Shown: positions 35,283 through 43,948 of the stretch, piece after piece | Position numbering within the stretch: the stretch's first letter is position 1 | How the letters are laid out: every line of letters begins with the position of its first letter | Virus record (IMG/VR): IMGVR_UViG_3300006793_000015 | Span: 32,001-96,000 of that record | DNA: 64,000 bases | DNA from: a virus | Direction: 5' to 3' (one strand) | The notes under the pieces: model-generated | The model's input: the letters and a program-made list of their open reading frames with translations, nothing else | Databases searched by the model: none | Told to the model about the DNA's origin: nothing | Position numbers and translations under genes: made by a program

Positions 35283-35993
35283 ATGCAGAAACAAATAAAA
35301 ACATCTTTCGGAAAACAAGAAAATAGAGAAATTATTATTAATGAGATATCTTTGACTGATGTTTCTGCAGAAGAAGAACATTTAGCAATAGAGCAAGGAT
35401 TTCTTATTGATGTTTTAGATGATGAATATTGGTTTATGTCGCGATCCACTCGTGTTATTACTAATAGCGTTGATGCGAAGGAATACGACGGAAAATGGGA
35501 ACTAGTAGAAACTCTTACTCCAGACCTTATTAAGATTCTGCGTAAAATATTAAATCAATACGTACAAAAACATAACTTCAAAGACTTTGAACGGTCATTA
35601 AACGAAACTAAAAGAACAAAGTTTTTTATCTACTATCATAATAGTAGAATAGTTGCGTTTACCAAGATGCAATTTTATCCTGAAATTGATCAAAGCGTAG
35701 AGCATCCACATAAAAGTGTTGAAACATGTATGTTTGCGTGGGACTATAAAAATCCAGAACTACGTCTCGGAGAAGTAACACTACAGCACGAAGTATATTG
35801 GGCACAACAAGAAGGATTTAAGTATTTGTATATAGGTCCTGGGTATGAGAAAAGCAGTATCTATAAATCAAATATTTCTGGATTTGAATGGTGGACAGGT
35901 ATGGAGTGGAGTAAAGATACTGTTGAGTATAAAGAGTTGTGTAAGCGTGACAGTAAAATAAGAAGTTTTAAAGCGTTAACTTCTTTAGACTAG
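35283..35993 (+). CDS. Arginyl/aminoacyl-tRNA--protein transferase (ATE/Bpt)-like GNAT-fold protein; likely start ATG 35283
   Basis: C-terminal FAWDYKNPELRLGEVTLQHEVYWAQQEGFKYLYIGPGYEKSSIYK matches the ATE_C pattern (YDP...LG...L.EI..A...G..YYYLG......YK); ATG 35262 is buried in a hairpin. Confidence 0.6.
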   Translation: MQKQIKTSFGKQENREIIINEISLTDVSAEEEHLAIEQGFLIDVLDDEYWFMSRSTRVITNSVDAKEYDGKWELVETLTPDLIKILRKILNQYVQKHNFKDFERSLNETKRTKFFIYYHNSRIVAFTKMQFYPEIDQSVEHPHKSVETCMFAWDYKNPELRLGEVTLQHEVYWAQQEGFKYLYIGPGYEKSSIYKSNISGFEWWTGMEWSKDTVEYKELCKRDSKIRSFKALTSLD

Positions 35994-36510
35994 CTGGAAT
36001 TTCTTCAAAACGCCAAAGCGTAACCCACTCTAAATAATCTTTAGGCCAATTTTTATAATAGTCTGTGTTTTTTGCAAGTTGTTCTGATGCATGGTTTAAC
36101 ACACTTAGTCTTGCCATTAAACATAAAATACATTTACCAAAGTTTAACACTAATTTACCTATACGCTCTTCACGTTCCGGATGATCATCAAGTATAACAA
36201 TGTCTAGTGGCATTAGTTCGTCATTTACTGCTTCTGTAATATTGGCAACTTCTTCTTCAGAATAGTTTTCAGTTGGAGTTAGTATAGCGATAACCTCTAC
36301 TTTGCCCTCATTGTCCTCGTCAGTCCAGTTACGCCCTAAGTCTAACAAGTGTTCTTCTAAGTCATCATATACAAATTTAAAACGAATTGTATTGTTATCT
36401 ACAGTTGGCTTTGCATAAGGACACACAGGTAGATTACCTAACTCTGCTTGCGGTTTAGCAAGGAAAGTTTTTATCCAGTCTTTTAAATCGTTAATAAGTT
36501 CTTGTTCCAT
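35968..36510 (-). CDS. DUF1415-like protein
   Basis: WIKTFL...NLPVCPYAK and DHP motifs resemble DUF1415. Confidence 0.5.
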   Translation of the reverse strand: MEQELINDLKDWIKTFLAKPQAELGNLPVCPYAKPTVDNNTIRFKFVYDDLEEHLLDLGRNWTDEDNEGKVEVIAILTPTENYSEEEVANITEAVNDELMPLDIVILDDHPEREERIGKLVLNFGKCILCLMARLSVLNHASEQLAKNTDYYKNWPKDYLEWVTLWRFEEIPASLKKLTL

Positions 36511-36749
36511 TAGAAGTATGGTAGCCCCGAATCTTTTGTTATTTTTAAGTTTTCTTCTACAATCTCTGTTAGCAATTGTCTTTCTTTTAAAGAAGTATTG
36601 AACATTTCATTAATAGTAAAGCCACCTCTCATAAACCAAGCAAATTTGTAAATTTCTTTTTTAATGACTTCTACCTGTTTCTCGTAATTAGCAATTAATT
36701 CTAATACTTCTTCAAAACCTAATGATAAAAGCCTTAGGCGAAAAAATTT
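36510..36749 (-). CDS. -1 frame extension of the gp26-like gene (gp51-like/GT-like tail-assembly chaperone segment)
   Basis: 80-codon open frame KFFRLRLLSLGFEEVLELIANYEKQVEVIKKEIYKFAWFMRGGFTINEMFNTSLKERQLLTEIVEENLKITKDSGLPYF*; first ATG only at 36632; frame begins at the slippery site. Confidence 0.7.
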   Translation of the reverse strand, partial: KFFRLRLLSLGFEEVLELIANYEKQVEVIKKEIYKFAWFMRGGFTINEMFNTSLKERQLLTEIVEENLKITKDSGLPYF

Positions 36750-37573
36750 GCATAATCAAAAATTATTGGAGAGTCAAACGCATGGTTACATTTAGGACAT
36801 TCTATATGCAATGGTTCTAGTGCAGTTTTATCTTTTATTTCTTGTATAGTATTTGTAATTTTCTTAAAAAGTTTTACACTAGCATTATTCACAAAACCTA
36901 TAATTTCGTCTTTATCTGTAACCATAGTCCCATCTGGTAATTCAATACCTTTAATACCAGATGATATGCTATTAATATTAATTTCAGTCATAGTGTTTAA
37001 TATTTCATTATATATTTCTTTTAGTTCTTCCTCTGACTTATCTTCCATAGTTCCTACTGCTTCAATGGCTCTTTGCTCTTCAAAAGTTCTTCTTTGAATT
37101 AGAGATAAATCTTTATAAGATAGAGGTTTAATATGAACTTTAACTTCACCGTATTTGAGAATATTACTTTCTACAGACATACTGGCTTGACTTAAATGAT
37201 CTATGTAATGATTTAAAGTGACTGCATAATTAAATTCTTCCTCACATTCTGAACATTTAAATTCTAATTCCATGTCGTTTCCGTATGATGCTATTCTAAT
37301 AGCAACTAAAATAAAATCAACATCAGTAGCAGGAATTTGCCACGGATCCAAAATAGCAGGAATACAACTTTTAATAACTTGTGCTACCGCCTCTCCTGAA
37401 ATGAGGGCGTCAGGTGTTTTTAAAATAATATCGTCCTTTGCGGTCATAGCATAAACTGGCACCTCGCTGGTTGGTGATAAATCTAAACTACCTTCAGGGT
37501 AAAATTTTCCCTCATGTGGAATTGAGATATAAATCTCAGGTTGGCGATAATATTGTTCTAGTATGTTACTCAT
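36734..37573 (-). CDS. gp26: Baseplate hub assembly chaperone, T4 gp26-like
   Basis: MTAKDDIIL, DVDFILVAIRIASYG, two CxxC motifs (CSEC, CPKC), C-terminal NFF. Confidence 0.78.
   Translation of the reverse strand: MSNILEQYYRQPEIYISIPHEGKFYPEGSLDLSPTSEVPVYAMTAKDDIILKTPDALISGEAVAQVIKSCIPAILDPWQIPATDVDFILVAIRIASYGNDMELEFKCSECEEEFNYAVTLNHYIDHLSQASMSVESNILKYGEVKVHIKPLSYKDLSLIQRRTFEEQRAIEAVGTMEDKSEEELKEIYNEILNTMTEININSISSGIKGIELPDGTMVTDKDEIIGFVNNASVKLFKKITNTIQEIKDKTALEPLHIECPKCNHAFDSPIIFDYANFFA
36740..36749 (-). other. Programmed -1 ribosomal frameshift slippery site (A AAU UUU and U UUU UUC)
   Basis: Coding strand GCA AAT TTT TTC GCC TAA; two overlapping X XXY YYZ heptamers in the correct phase just before the stop. 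Confidence 0.7.
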
Positions 37574-37595
37574 TTAGAATCCTCGAAAAATAATG

Positions 37596-37619
37596 TATAA
37601 ATAATGTAGCGGTATTTAC
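37596..37619. promoter_or_regulatory. Face-to-face late promoters: TATAAATA (+, 37596-37603) and GTAAATA (-, 37613-37619)
   Basis: Intergenic between divergent gp26-like and tape-measure-like genes. Confidence 0.6.
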
Positions 37620-37646
37620 TCTATTTTATAATATACGCATATAATT

Positions 37647-39779
37647 ATGGCAGACGACGCAATATTACAACAAACTAAAGCAAGCATAGACGCACTATTT
37701 AATAGCGTTAGCAAATCTTCCAATAGAGCCAAAACAAGCCTTGATGGGTTAAGCAGATCTGCAAATTATGCACAAGATAGTCTTAATAATTTAGGTGCAA
37801 GTTTTGGTGGCACAACGACAGCAACTGATCAACAGTCACGTGCATCTTACGTTGCAGCCGGCGCCTTAGGTGTTGCCGCCGGCGCTACCCAACAATACTC
37901 TGAGGTTATGAATGCACAGTCTCAAGTAATGGCAGCTGGAATAGCTCAGTCTATGGAAACAATTGAGGAAGAAGCATCAAAAGGCGGTAGTGGAATGGCA
38001 GCCTCAATGAAGGGTTTAATGGCCAAGCTTGGCCCAGTGGGCAAGATATTAACTGGCATCGGAACTGCCGGATTTGCATTAGGGAAGCAGATGGTAGATA
38101 TTGGTGATCAAGCATATGCAGGTTGGCAAGAACAAGCAAAAGTGGGTGCAAGTTTTGGCGGTAGTATGGTTGAGTATACTAAAGCAGTTGGTGTTTCTAA
38201 ACTAGGTTTTGAAGGATTCAACTCTGTTGTGAGAAACAACGCTGAAGCATTATCAGTTCTTGGCGGCACAGTTAATGCTGGTGCTGAAAGATTTGCTAGA
38301 ACTATGGCAGTTATGGGAGATTTTACTAGAGGCATGACCCAAGGCGTTCATGCAGGAAGATCATATATAGAAGTAACAAGAATGTTAGGTTTAAGCACAT
38401 CTGATACTGCTGATTTAATGGCTGATATGAATAGCCAAACTGCGTTAGCAACTAATCTCCGGAAACTTGACGACACCGGGCAAGCGAATGCCACCGCTAA
38501 CTATATTAATCAAATGTCCCAATTAAGTATGCTTACTGGTAAAAGTATTAAAGAACAATCAGCACAAAGAAAGAAACTAGCAGCCGATGCTCAATTCCAA
38601 GCGGCAATTTATAAAATGCCTCTAGAACAACAAACAGCGATGATGGAGGCTTATGAAGAAGCAGTTTCGCTTGGCGGGCCACAAGCAGGCGAACTATTCA
38701 AAGCCGGTGTTACTGGTTCGTTTAAAGGAGTATCTGCAGAAGCCAAGCAGTTAGCGTCAACGGAAATGGGGCAGGCGTTTCTCGATATGGGACAAACTAC
38801 GAAATCAGCTGGTATTAATGCAGCTAATGTTTTTGAAGAATCCTTACCGGCATTAAAGGCCGCAATAGAAAACACAAGGGATACATTTGCTGATTCAGCA
38901 GCTGCAGGTGTAGGCGCTGGATTAAATGCATTTAAGCAAAGTTTTAAAACATCTGTTAAACTCGATGCTATTCAAGATGCGGCTAACGAGATTGCTCAAA
39001 AGACTGGCGTTGCAGGCGGCAATATTGCCAACGCTTTGGAACTTGTATATAAAGATATACACGGTGTAAGAACAAAGATGGGTCCAGATGGACAACAAGT
39101 TGTCGAAGGACAAGGTGACGAAGTTACCCTCGGGTACGCAAATATAGACGCAGTTAAAGAAGAACTTGCTAACGGAGCGTTACTTGTTGGTATAACCCAG
39201 CTAGGGACGCATCTCGAAAGTTTGGCTGGAGGCATGAATTCCCTCGGAGAAAAATTAGGTATAGGACTTACTGCTGGTACAGCAACAGATGCAAAGGAAT
39301 ACGAAAATCTACCTATAGAACAGTTAAACGCAACAAACCGTTTTGTAACTAAGGAGCTCCGGACCATTGGCAATTTTTTCTCAACTCTAACTGGTGTTTT
39401 GACAGGTGAAGTAAGTAAAGAAGACTTACAGAAGTCTATGAGTGTTGGCTTTGCGAATTTAGAGACTCAATATACAACAAGAGCTGCCAATGCAAAAGAA
39501 AAAGAAGTAGGTTCAAAAGAATTTAAGTTGCAAGAACAAGCAAAAATGGCAACTGGGTTAGCATATAATGAACGCCCGGGACTGGCCATTGAAAAAATGA
39601 CAGAACTTAATCAAACTCATGGTGATGAGGTAATATCATTGTCAAAACAACAGGTAGAACTTCTTGATCAAATTGTAACAAATACTAAGTCTGGAAACAA
39701 CGCTAATCAAACAGATCCGGATGTTCGCCGACGTAAGCCGGTTGACCCAACCGGCTCCAGTTTGGAGGCCTTTCAATGA
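37647..39779 (+). CDS. Tape-measure-like protein (710 aa)
   Basis: Ala/Gly-rich helical composition, LSMLTGKSIKEQ motif, adjacent to the chaperone gene and upstream of portal. Confidence 0.6.
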   Translation: MADDAILQQTKASIDALFNSVSKSSNRAKTSLDGLSRSANYAQDSLNNLGASFGGTTTATDQQSRASYVAAGALGVAAGATQQYSEVMNAQSQVMAAGIAQSMETIEEEASKGGSGMAASMKGLMAKLGPVGKILTGIGTAGFALGKQMVDIGDQAYAGWQEQAKVGASFGGSMVEYTKAVGVSKLGFEGFNSVVRNNAEALSVLGGTVNAGAERFARTMAVMGDFTRGMTQGVHAGRSYIEVTRMLGLSTSDTADLMADMNSQTALATNLRKLDDTGQANATANYINQMSQLSMLTGKSIKEQSAQRKKLAADAQFQAAIYKMPLEQQTAMMEAYEEAVSLGGPQAGELFKAGVTGSFKGVSAEAKQLASTEMGQAFLDMGQTTKSAGINAANVFEESLPALKAAIENTRDTFADSAAAGVGAGLNAFKQSFKTSVKLDAIQDAANEIAQKTGVAGGNIANALELVYKDIHGVRTKMGPDGQQVVEGQGDEVTLGYANIDAVKEELANGALLVGITQLGTHLESLAGGMNSLGEKLGIGLTAGTATDAKEYENLPIEQLNATNRFVTKELRTIGNFFSTLTGVLTGEVSKEDLQKSMSVGFANLETQYTTRAANAKEKEVGSKEFKLQEQAKMATGLAYNERPGLAIEKMTELNQTHGDEVISLSKQQVELLDQIVTNTKSGNNANQTDPDVRRRKPVDPTGSSLEAFQ

Positions 39780-39852
39780 CAGCCCTTAGTCACAATACAG
39801 TGAATATATTATAAAATAGGGTAAATAGTAGTACAGAATAAAGATTATAATT

Positions 39853-41508
39853 ATGACTTGGAAAAAACATTTTACACAACCTAGTAACGTTGTTCCGATG
39901 AGAAACGGAACTCCTGATGTTGGCTTTAAAAACTATAGTTCAGTATTGCCTGAAGTTTATTCAGGGCATCCTAATCGTATCGAACGTTATATTCAATATG
40001 ATGCAATGGATCAAGATAGTGAAGTAAATTCAGCATTAGATATTTTGGCAGAATTTTGTACACAACAAAGTTCAGAATCTGGCATCGCGTTCCAAGTTCA
40101 TTACCATGACGAAGCAACAGCAACAGAAACAGAAATTTTAAATACACAATTAAAGCATTGGTATAATTTGCAAAGTTTTGAACGTAAAATTTTTAAACTG
40201 TTCCGTAATACATTAAAGTACGGCGATCAAATGTTTATTCGTGATCCGGAAACACAAAGATGGTTTTTTGTTGATTGTGCCAAAGTTGAAAAAATTGTTG
40301 TTGATGAAAGTGCTGGTAAAAAGATTGAGCAATATGTAATTCGAGATTTGTCAATTAATTTCGAAACAATGCAGACTGCTGAAAAAGATACAGCCGGTAC
40401 TACAGTTCCTAATCTTATGAATAGAAATGGATCACAAACTGCTGAAAACGTATCAAATGCATCAAAATTTTCATACGGTAAAAAAGCCGTTGCTATTGAT
40501 GCAAACCACATTGTGCATATTAGTTTAACTGAAGAAATGGACGGTTCATGGCCGTTTGGTAACAGTATTTTAGAAAATATTTTTAAAACATACAAACAGA
40601 AAGAATTATTAGAAGACGCTATTATTATCTATCGCGTCCAACGTGCTCCAGAACGCCGCGTATTTTATATTGACGTAGGCAACATGCCATCACACATGGC
40701 TATGGGTTTTGTTGAGCGTGTTAAAAATGAAATTCACCAACGCAGAATTCCAAGTTCAACAGGTGGTGGTTCTAAGATGATGGACTCAACATACAATCCT
40801 CTTTCCATTATGGAAGATTACTTCTTTCCACAAACAGGAGAAGGGCGTGGTAGTAAAGTTGAAACATTGCCTGGCGGTGAGAACTTAGGACAAATTGATG
40901 ATCTAAGATACTTTACAAACAAGTTATATAGAGCATTGCGTATTCCAGCAAGTTATTTGCCAACAGGCCCTGATGAAGGTGTTGCCGCATATAACGATGG
41001 TAGAGTAGGCACAGCACTAATACAAGAATTTAGATTTAATGAATACTGTAAACGATTACAAACAGTGGTTTCGTCAACAATCGACGATGAATTTAAACTA
41101 TTTTTAAAGACACGCGGTGTTAATATTGACAACAGTATTTTTGAAATTAAGTTTAACGAGCCACAAAACTTTGCTTCATATAGACAAGCGGAGTTAGATA
41201 ATACAAAGATTTCAGCATTTTCACAATTAGAGCAATTGCCATATATGAGCAAACGCTTCTTGTTAACACGTTACTTGGGTCTAACAGAACAAGAGTTGAT
41301 TGAAAACACAGAGATGTGGGAACAAGAAACTGGCAACACCAAAGCGGCACAAGTTTATGGTTCAGACATGCGTAACGTTGGTATTACACCTGGTGGATTG
41401 GATTCTGATATGTCAATGGCAGAAGAACCAGAACTTCCTGAAGGTGGTGAAGATATTGAAGGTGTTGAAGGCGGTGAAGCACCTGCTGAAACTCCAACAA
41501 CTGTATAA
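39853..41508 (+). CDS. gp20: Portal vertex protein, T4 gp20-like
   Basis: LEDAIIIYRVQRAPERRVFYIDVGNMP, EDYFFP, VETLPGGENLG, YFTNKLYRALRIP. Confidence 0.96.
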   Translation: MTWKKHFTQPSNVVPMRNGTPDVGFKNYSSVLPEVYSGHPNRIERYIQYDAMDQDSEVNSALDILAEFCTQQSSESGIAFQVHYHDEATATETEILNTQLKHWYNLQSFERKIFKLFRNTLKYGDQMFIRDPETQRWFFVDCAKVEKIVVDESAGKKIEQYVIRDLSINFETMQTAEKDTAGTTVPNLMNRNGSQTAENVSNASKFSYGKKAVAIDANHIVHISLTEEMDGSWPFGNSILENIFKTYKQKELLEDAIIIYRVQRAPERRVFYIDVGNMPSHMAMGFVERVKNEIHQRRIPSSTGGGSKMMDSTYNPLSIMEDYFFPQTGEGRGSKVETLPGGENLGQIDDLRYFTNKLYRALRIPASYLPTGPDEGVAAYNDGRVGTALIQEFRFNEYCKRLQTVVSSTIDDEFKLFLKTRGVNIDNSIFEIKFNEPQNFASYRQAELDNTKISAFSQLEQLPYMSKRFLLTRYLGLTEQELIENTEMWEQETGNTKAAQVYGSDMRNVGITPGGLDSDMSMAEEPELPEGGEDIEGVEGGEAPAETPTTV

Positions 41509-41511
41509 ATA
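41504..41511 (+). promoter_or_regulatory. T4-type late promoter TATAAATA 5 nt before the ATG of 41517
   Basis: Exact consensus overlapping the portal stop codon. Confidence 0.75.
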
Positions 41512-41516
41512 GTATT

Positions 41517-41756
41517 ATGATTTTACTAGAACTATTTGGTCAAAATGAAGAGAAAGATGATGACGGTCGTTACGATCCAGAGTCTGACCAAACTATTATT
41601 AAAAAATCAGATACACGTAAAACAAGATTAACATTAACACAAATTAATAAGCTTAGAAAAATTTCAGAGTTAAGAGCGGCTGAAAAAATACAAGACGCTG
41701 AAAAATATCAAAAGCAGTATGGTGCAACGCCAGAACCTGCTATGCCTGCTATGTAA
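41517..41756 (+). CDS. Small head-module protein (79 aa)
   Basis: DTRKTRLTLTQINKLRK; between portal and core genes; own late promoter. Confidence 0.7.
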   Translation: MILLELFGQNEEKDDDGRYDPESDQTIIKKSDTRKTRLTLTQINKLRKISELRAAEKIQDAEKYQKQYGATPEPAMPAM

Positions 41757-41783
41757 TAAAAATAAACAGAAAAACCCTTTTTC

Positions 41784-42034
41784 TTGTCGCTTTGGCATCA
41801 TTCGAGTATAATATTAGTCTCCTTTGTTAAATATATAAAAGGAATGATTTCGCTATGAGTAATAAATTTGAACAGTTGCTTGAATATATCATCAACGAAG
41901 AGCAAGATAAAGCTAAAGAGCTTTTCCATGAAATTATTGTGGATAAATCTCGCGAGATTTATGAAGGCTTGATTGATGAGCAAGATCTTGAAGCTATCGA
42001 AGAGGAAATTGAAGAAGTAGATGAAGAAATTTCC
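41784..42034 (+). repeat. Diverged direct repeat, copy 1 (upstream region plus first 60 codons); copy 2 at 43130..43405
   Basis: Shared TCCTTTGTTAAATATA and TAAAAGGA(A/G)TGATTTCGCTATGAGTAATAAATTTGAACAGTTGCT; 52/60 amino acids identical. Confidence 0.92.
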
Positions 42035-43111
42035 AAATTTTATAATCAAATATTAACTGAAGCAGATTTGCCGCCAGGCGAATTGAAAAAGCTCCATAGC
42101 GATATAGCCAAGATTCGTCGGGATACAGGTACTCAATCTGCTGAACATAATGCTTTCTTTAAAAAATTAACGAAGGAAATTATTAATAATAATGTAGAAG
42201 GATTTAAGAATTTTATTAATAAAAAACCTGAGCCTTTAATGCCTTACCAAAAAGGATCTTATGTTGATCAACCTGAGAAGGCGCAAGATTTAGAATATGT
42301 TAAACGTAAGGCACCTGAGCAATGGGAGGCAATTATGGCTGTCCCGGCTGACAGTTCGATGCCCCCTGAATTTAAGCCAGGAACTGCAACAGTATATATG
42401 CAATTTCATGGTTCAGTAGAAGATGATATTGCTATGTGGGTCAGTAGAGTGTTTGGTGGTGAAGACGCAGAGATTGAAGATGAAGATGAAGGTGCTCGTC
42501 CAGGGCAACATCCTTTTCGGAAATTTTGGGATTTGGTTCATGATGAAGAATTTATGAACAATGCAAACCCTGGTATTGTAAAAAAACTTACTGCTGTTAA
42601 AAAGAAATACATCAATGGCACATACAATCTTTATAATCTTGAAAAAACAACAAAAAAGCTTATGGCTGACCTCGGTCAAAGATGGAAACATGATAAAGTA
42701 GAAAGGCAACGTTTAGAGACAGAAGCACCAATTATAATGAGATTTGATAATGGTTTTATGTGGGTGCGTTTAGATTCTATAGAAGAAATGCAACGCGAAG
42801 GCGACATGATGCAAAATTGCATTAGTGGTTATTGTCCAGTTGGCATAGAAGCCGATGATGATATAGAAACTGGAGCAACTCCCGGTGGCCATTTAATTTA
42901 TAGTTTGCGTGATAAGAATGGGGAATCTCATATATCTGCAGAATATGATCCAGATGTAGATATGAATAATATACAGCCAACAGAAGCATTAGGCAAACAA
43001 AATAAAACAGCCATTAACAAATATAAACCATATATTAAAAAATTAAATGACTTCTTTGCAGAGAATCCTGAAACATTTGGTCCTAAAGGCAACACACAGG
43101 AAATGCAATAA
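41855..43111 (+). CDS. Chimeric putative internal head protein: duplicated core-protein N-terminus fused to unrelated domains ending in a PcfJ-like domain
   Basis: First 60 aa match 43226..43936; ILTE/A putative gp21 site; C-terminal EMQREGDMMQNCISGY...IYSLRD...ALGKQN. Confidence 0.7.
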   Translation: MSNKFEQLLEYIINEEQDKAKELFHEIIVDKSREIYEGLIDEQDLEAIEEEIEEVDEEISKFYNQILTEADLPPGELKKLHSDIAKIRRDTGTQSAEHNAFFKKLTKEIINNNVEGFKNFINKKPEPLMPYQKGSYVDQPEKAQDLEYVKRKAPEQWEAIMAVPADSSMPPEFKPGTATVYMQFHGSVEDDIAMWVSRVFGGEDAEIEDEDEGARPGQHPFRKFWDLVHDEEFMNNANPGIVKKLTAVKKKYINGTYNLYNLEKTTKKLMADLGQRWKHDKVERQRLETEAPIIMRFDNGFMWVRLDSIEEMQREGDMMQNCISGYCPVGIEADDDIETGATPGGHLIYSLRDKNGESHISAEYDPDVDMNNIQPTEALGKQNKTAINKYKPYIKKLNDFFAENPETFGPKGNTQEMQ

Positions 43112-43129
43112 GCAGATCTGCTTATTTTT
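43107..43129 (+). terminator. Putative intrinsic terminator (20-bp perfect palindrome plus T run)
   Basis: AATAAGCAGATCTGCTTATT followed by TTT at the stop of 41855..43111. Confidence 0.45.
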
Positions 43130-43225
43130 ATGCCATTTTGGCACTGTTTGAGCATAGAAACAGTTTCCTTTGTTAAATATAGATGATATTTTGTAACTTT
43201 TATATATAAAAGGAGTGATTTCGCT

Positions 43226-43936
43226 ATGAGTAATAAATTTGAACAGTTGCTAGATTACATCATCAACGAAGAGCAAGATAAAGCTCGCGAACTTTTCCAC
43301 GAAGTTGTTGTTGAAAAGTCACGTGAAATTTATGAAGGCTTAATTGATGAACAAGATCTTGATGCTATCGAAGAAGAGATTGAAGAAGTTGAAGAAGCAA
43401 TCTCAGACGAGGAAGTAGAAGATTTTGTTAGTGATATTGAAGGCGACGAAGAAGGTATGTCTCTAGAAGACGCAAGTGAAGAACTTGACGACGCTATGGA
43501 CATGGAAGATGAAGGTGACTACGAAGGTGACGAAGAAGAAGCCGACGAAGAAACCGACGAAAGAATCAGTGATTTAGAATCTGCATTTGATGAACTTCAA
43601 GCAGAATTCGACAAGTTAATGTCAAGCGTTGAAGGCGATGATGCTGAAGAAGAAGCTGACATGGACGACATGGAAGACGAAATGGAAGAATCCGTTGAGT
43701 CAGACGAAGATTTAGAAGAGTCAGAAGAAGTAGTTGCTGAAGCTGCTGAACTAAAGCCAGTGCCTGCCCCAACAGGCGGCGCAAGTGAAGGTTCATCACC
43801 AGTTGCATCAGGTGGTAAGGCAAGCAATGATGCTCATGAACCAGGTGCAATGTCATCAGGCGAAGGTAAGAGTGCCCCTGCTCCAAAGGCAGACGATATG
43901 GACATGACTACAGAACCAGACATGAAGAAGGTTTAA
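43226..43936 (+). CDS. Highly acidic prohead core protein (gp67/gp68-position)
   Basis: Very E/D-rich 236 aa; between portal and prohead protease; AAGGAG SD. Confidence 0.72.
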   Translation: MSNKFEQLLDYIINEEQDKARELFHEVVVEKSREIYEGLIDEQDLDAIEEEIEEVEEAISDEEVEDFVSDIEGDEEGMSLEDASEELDDAMDMEDEGDYEGDEEEADEETDERISDLESAFDELQAEFDKLMSSVEGDDAEEEADMDDMEDEMEESVESDEDLEESEEVVAEAAELKPVPAPTGGASEGSSPVASGGKASNDAHEPGAMSSGEGKSAPAPKADDMDMTTEPDMKKV

Positions 43937-43948
43937 CAGGTAAACGAA

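Noticed and set aside
34936-35381. Minus-strand ORFs 34936..35181 and 35193..35381
   Set aside because: No convincing RBS, unnatural composition, and they overlap the structured element or the ATE-like gene
39736-39775. GC-rich hairpins at the 3' end of the tape-measure-like gene
   Set aside because: Lie inside coding sequence with only a short T run; not enough to call a terminator
41855-43111. Pseudogene or misassembly explanation for the duplicated N-terminus
   Set aside because: Copies differ at many mostly synonymous sites and the 418-aa frame is intact
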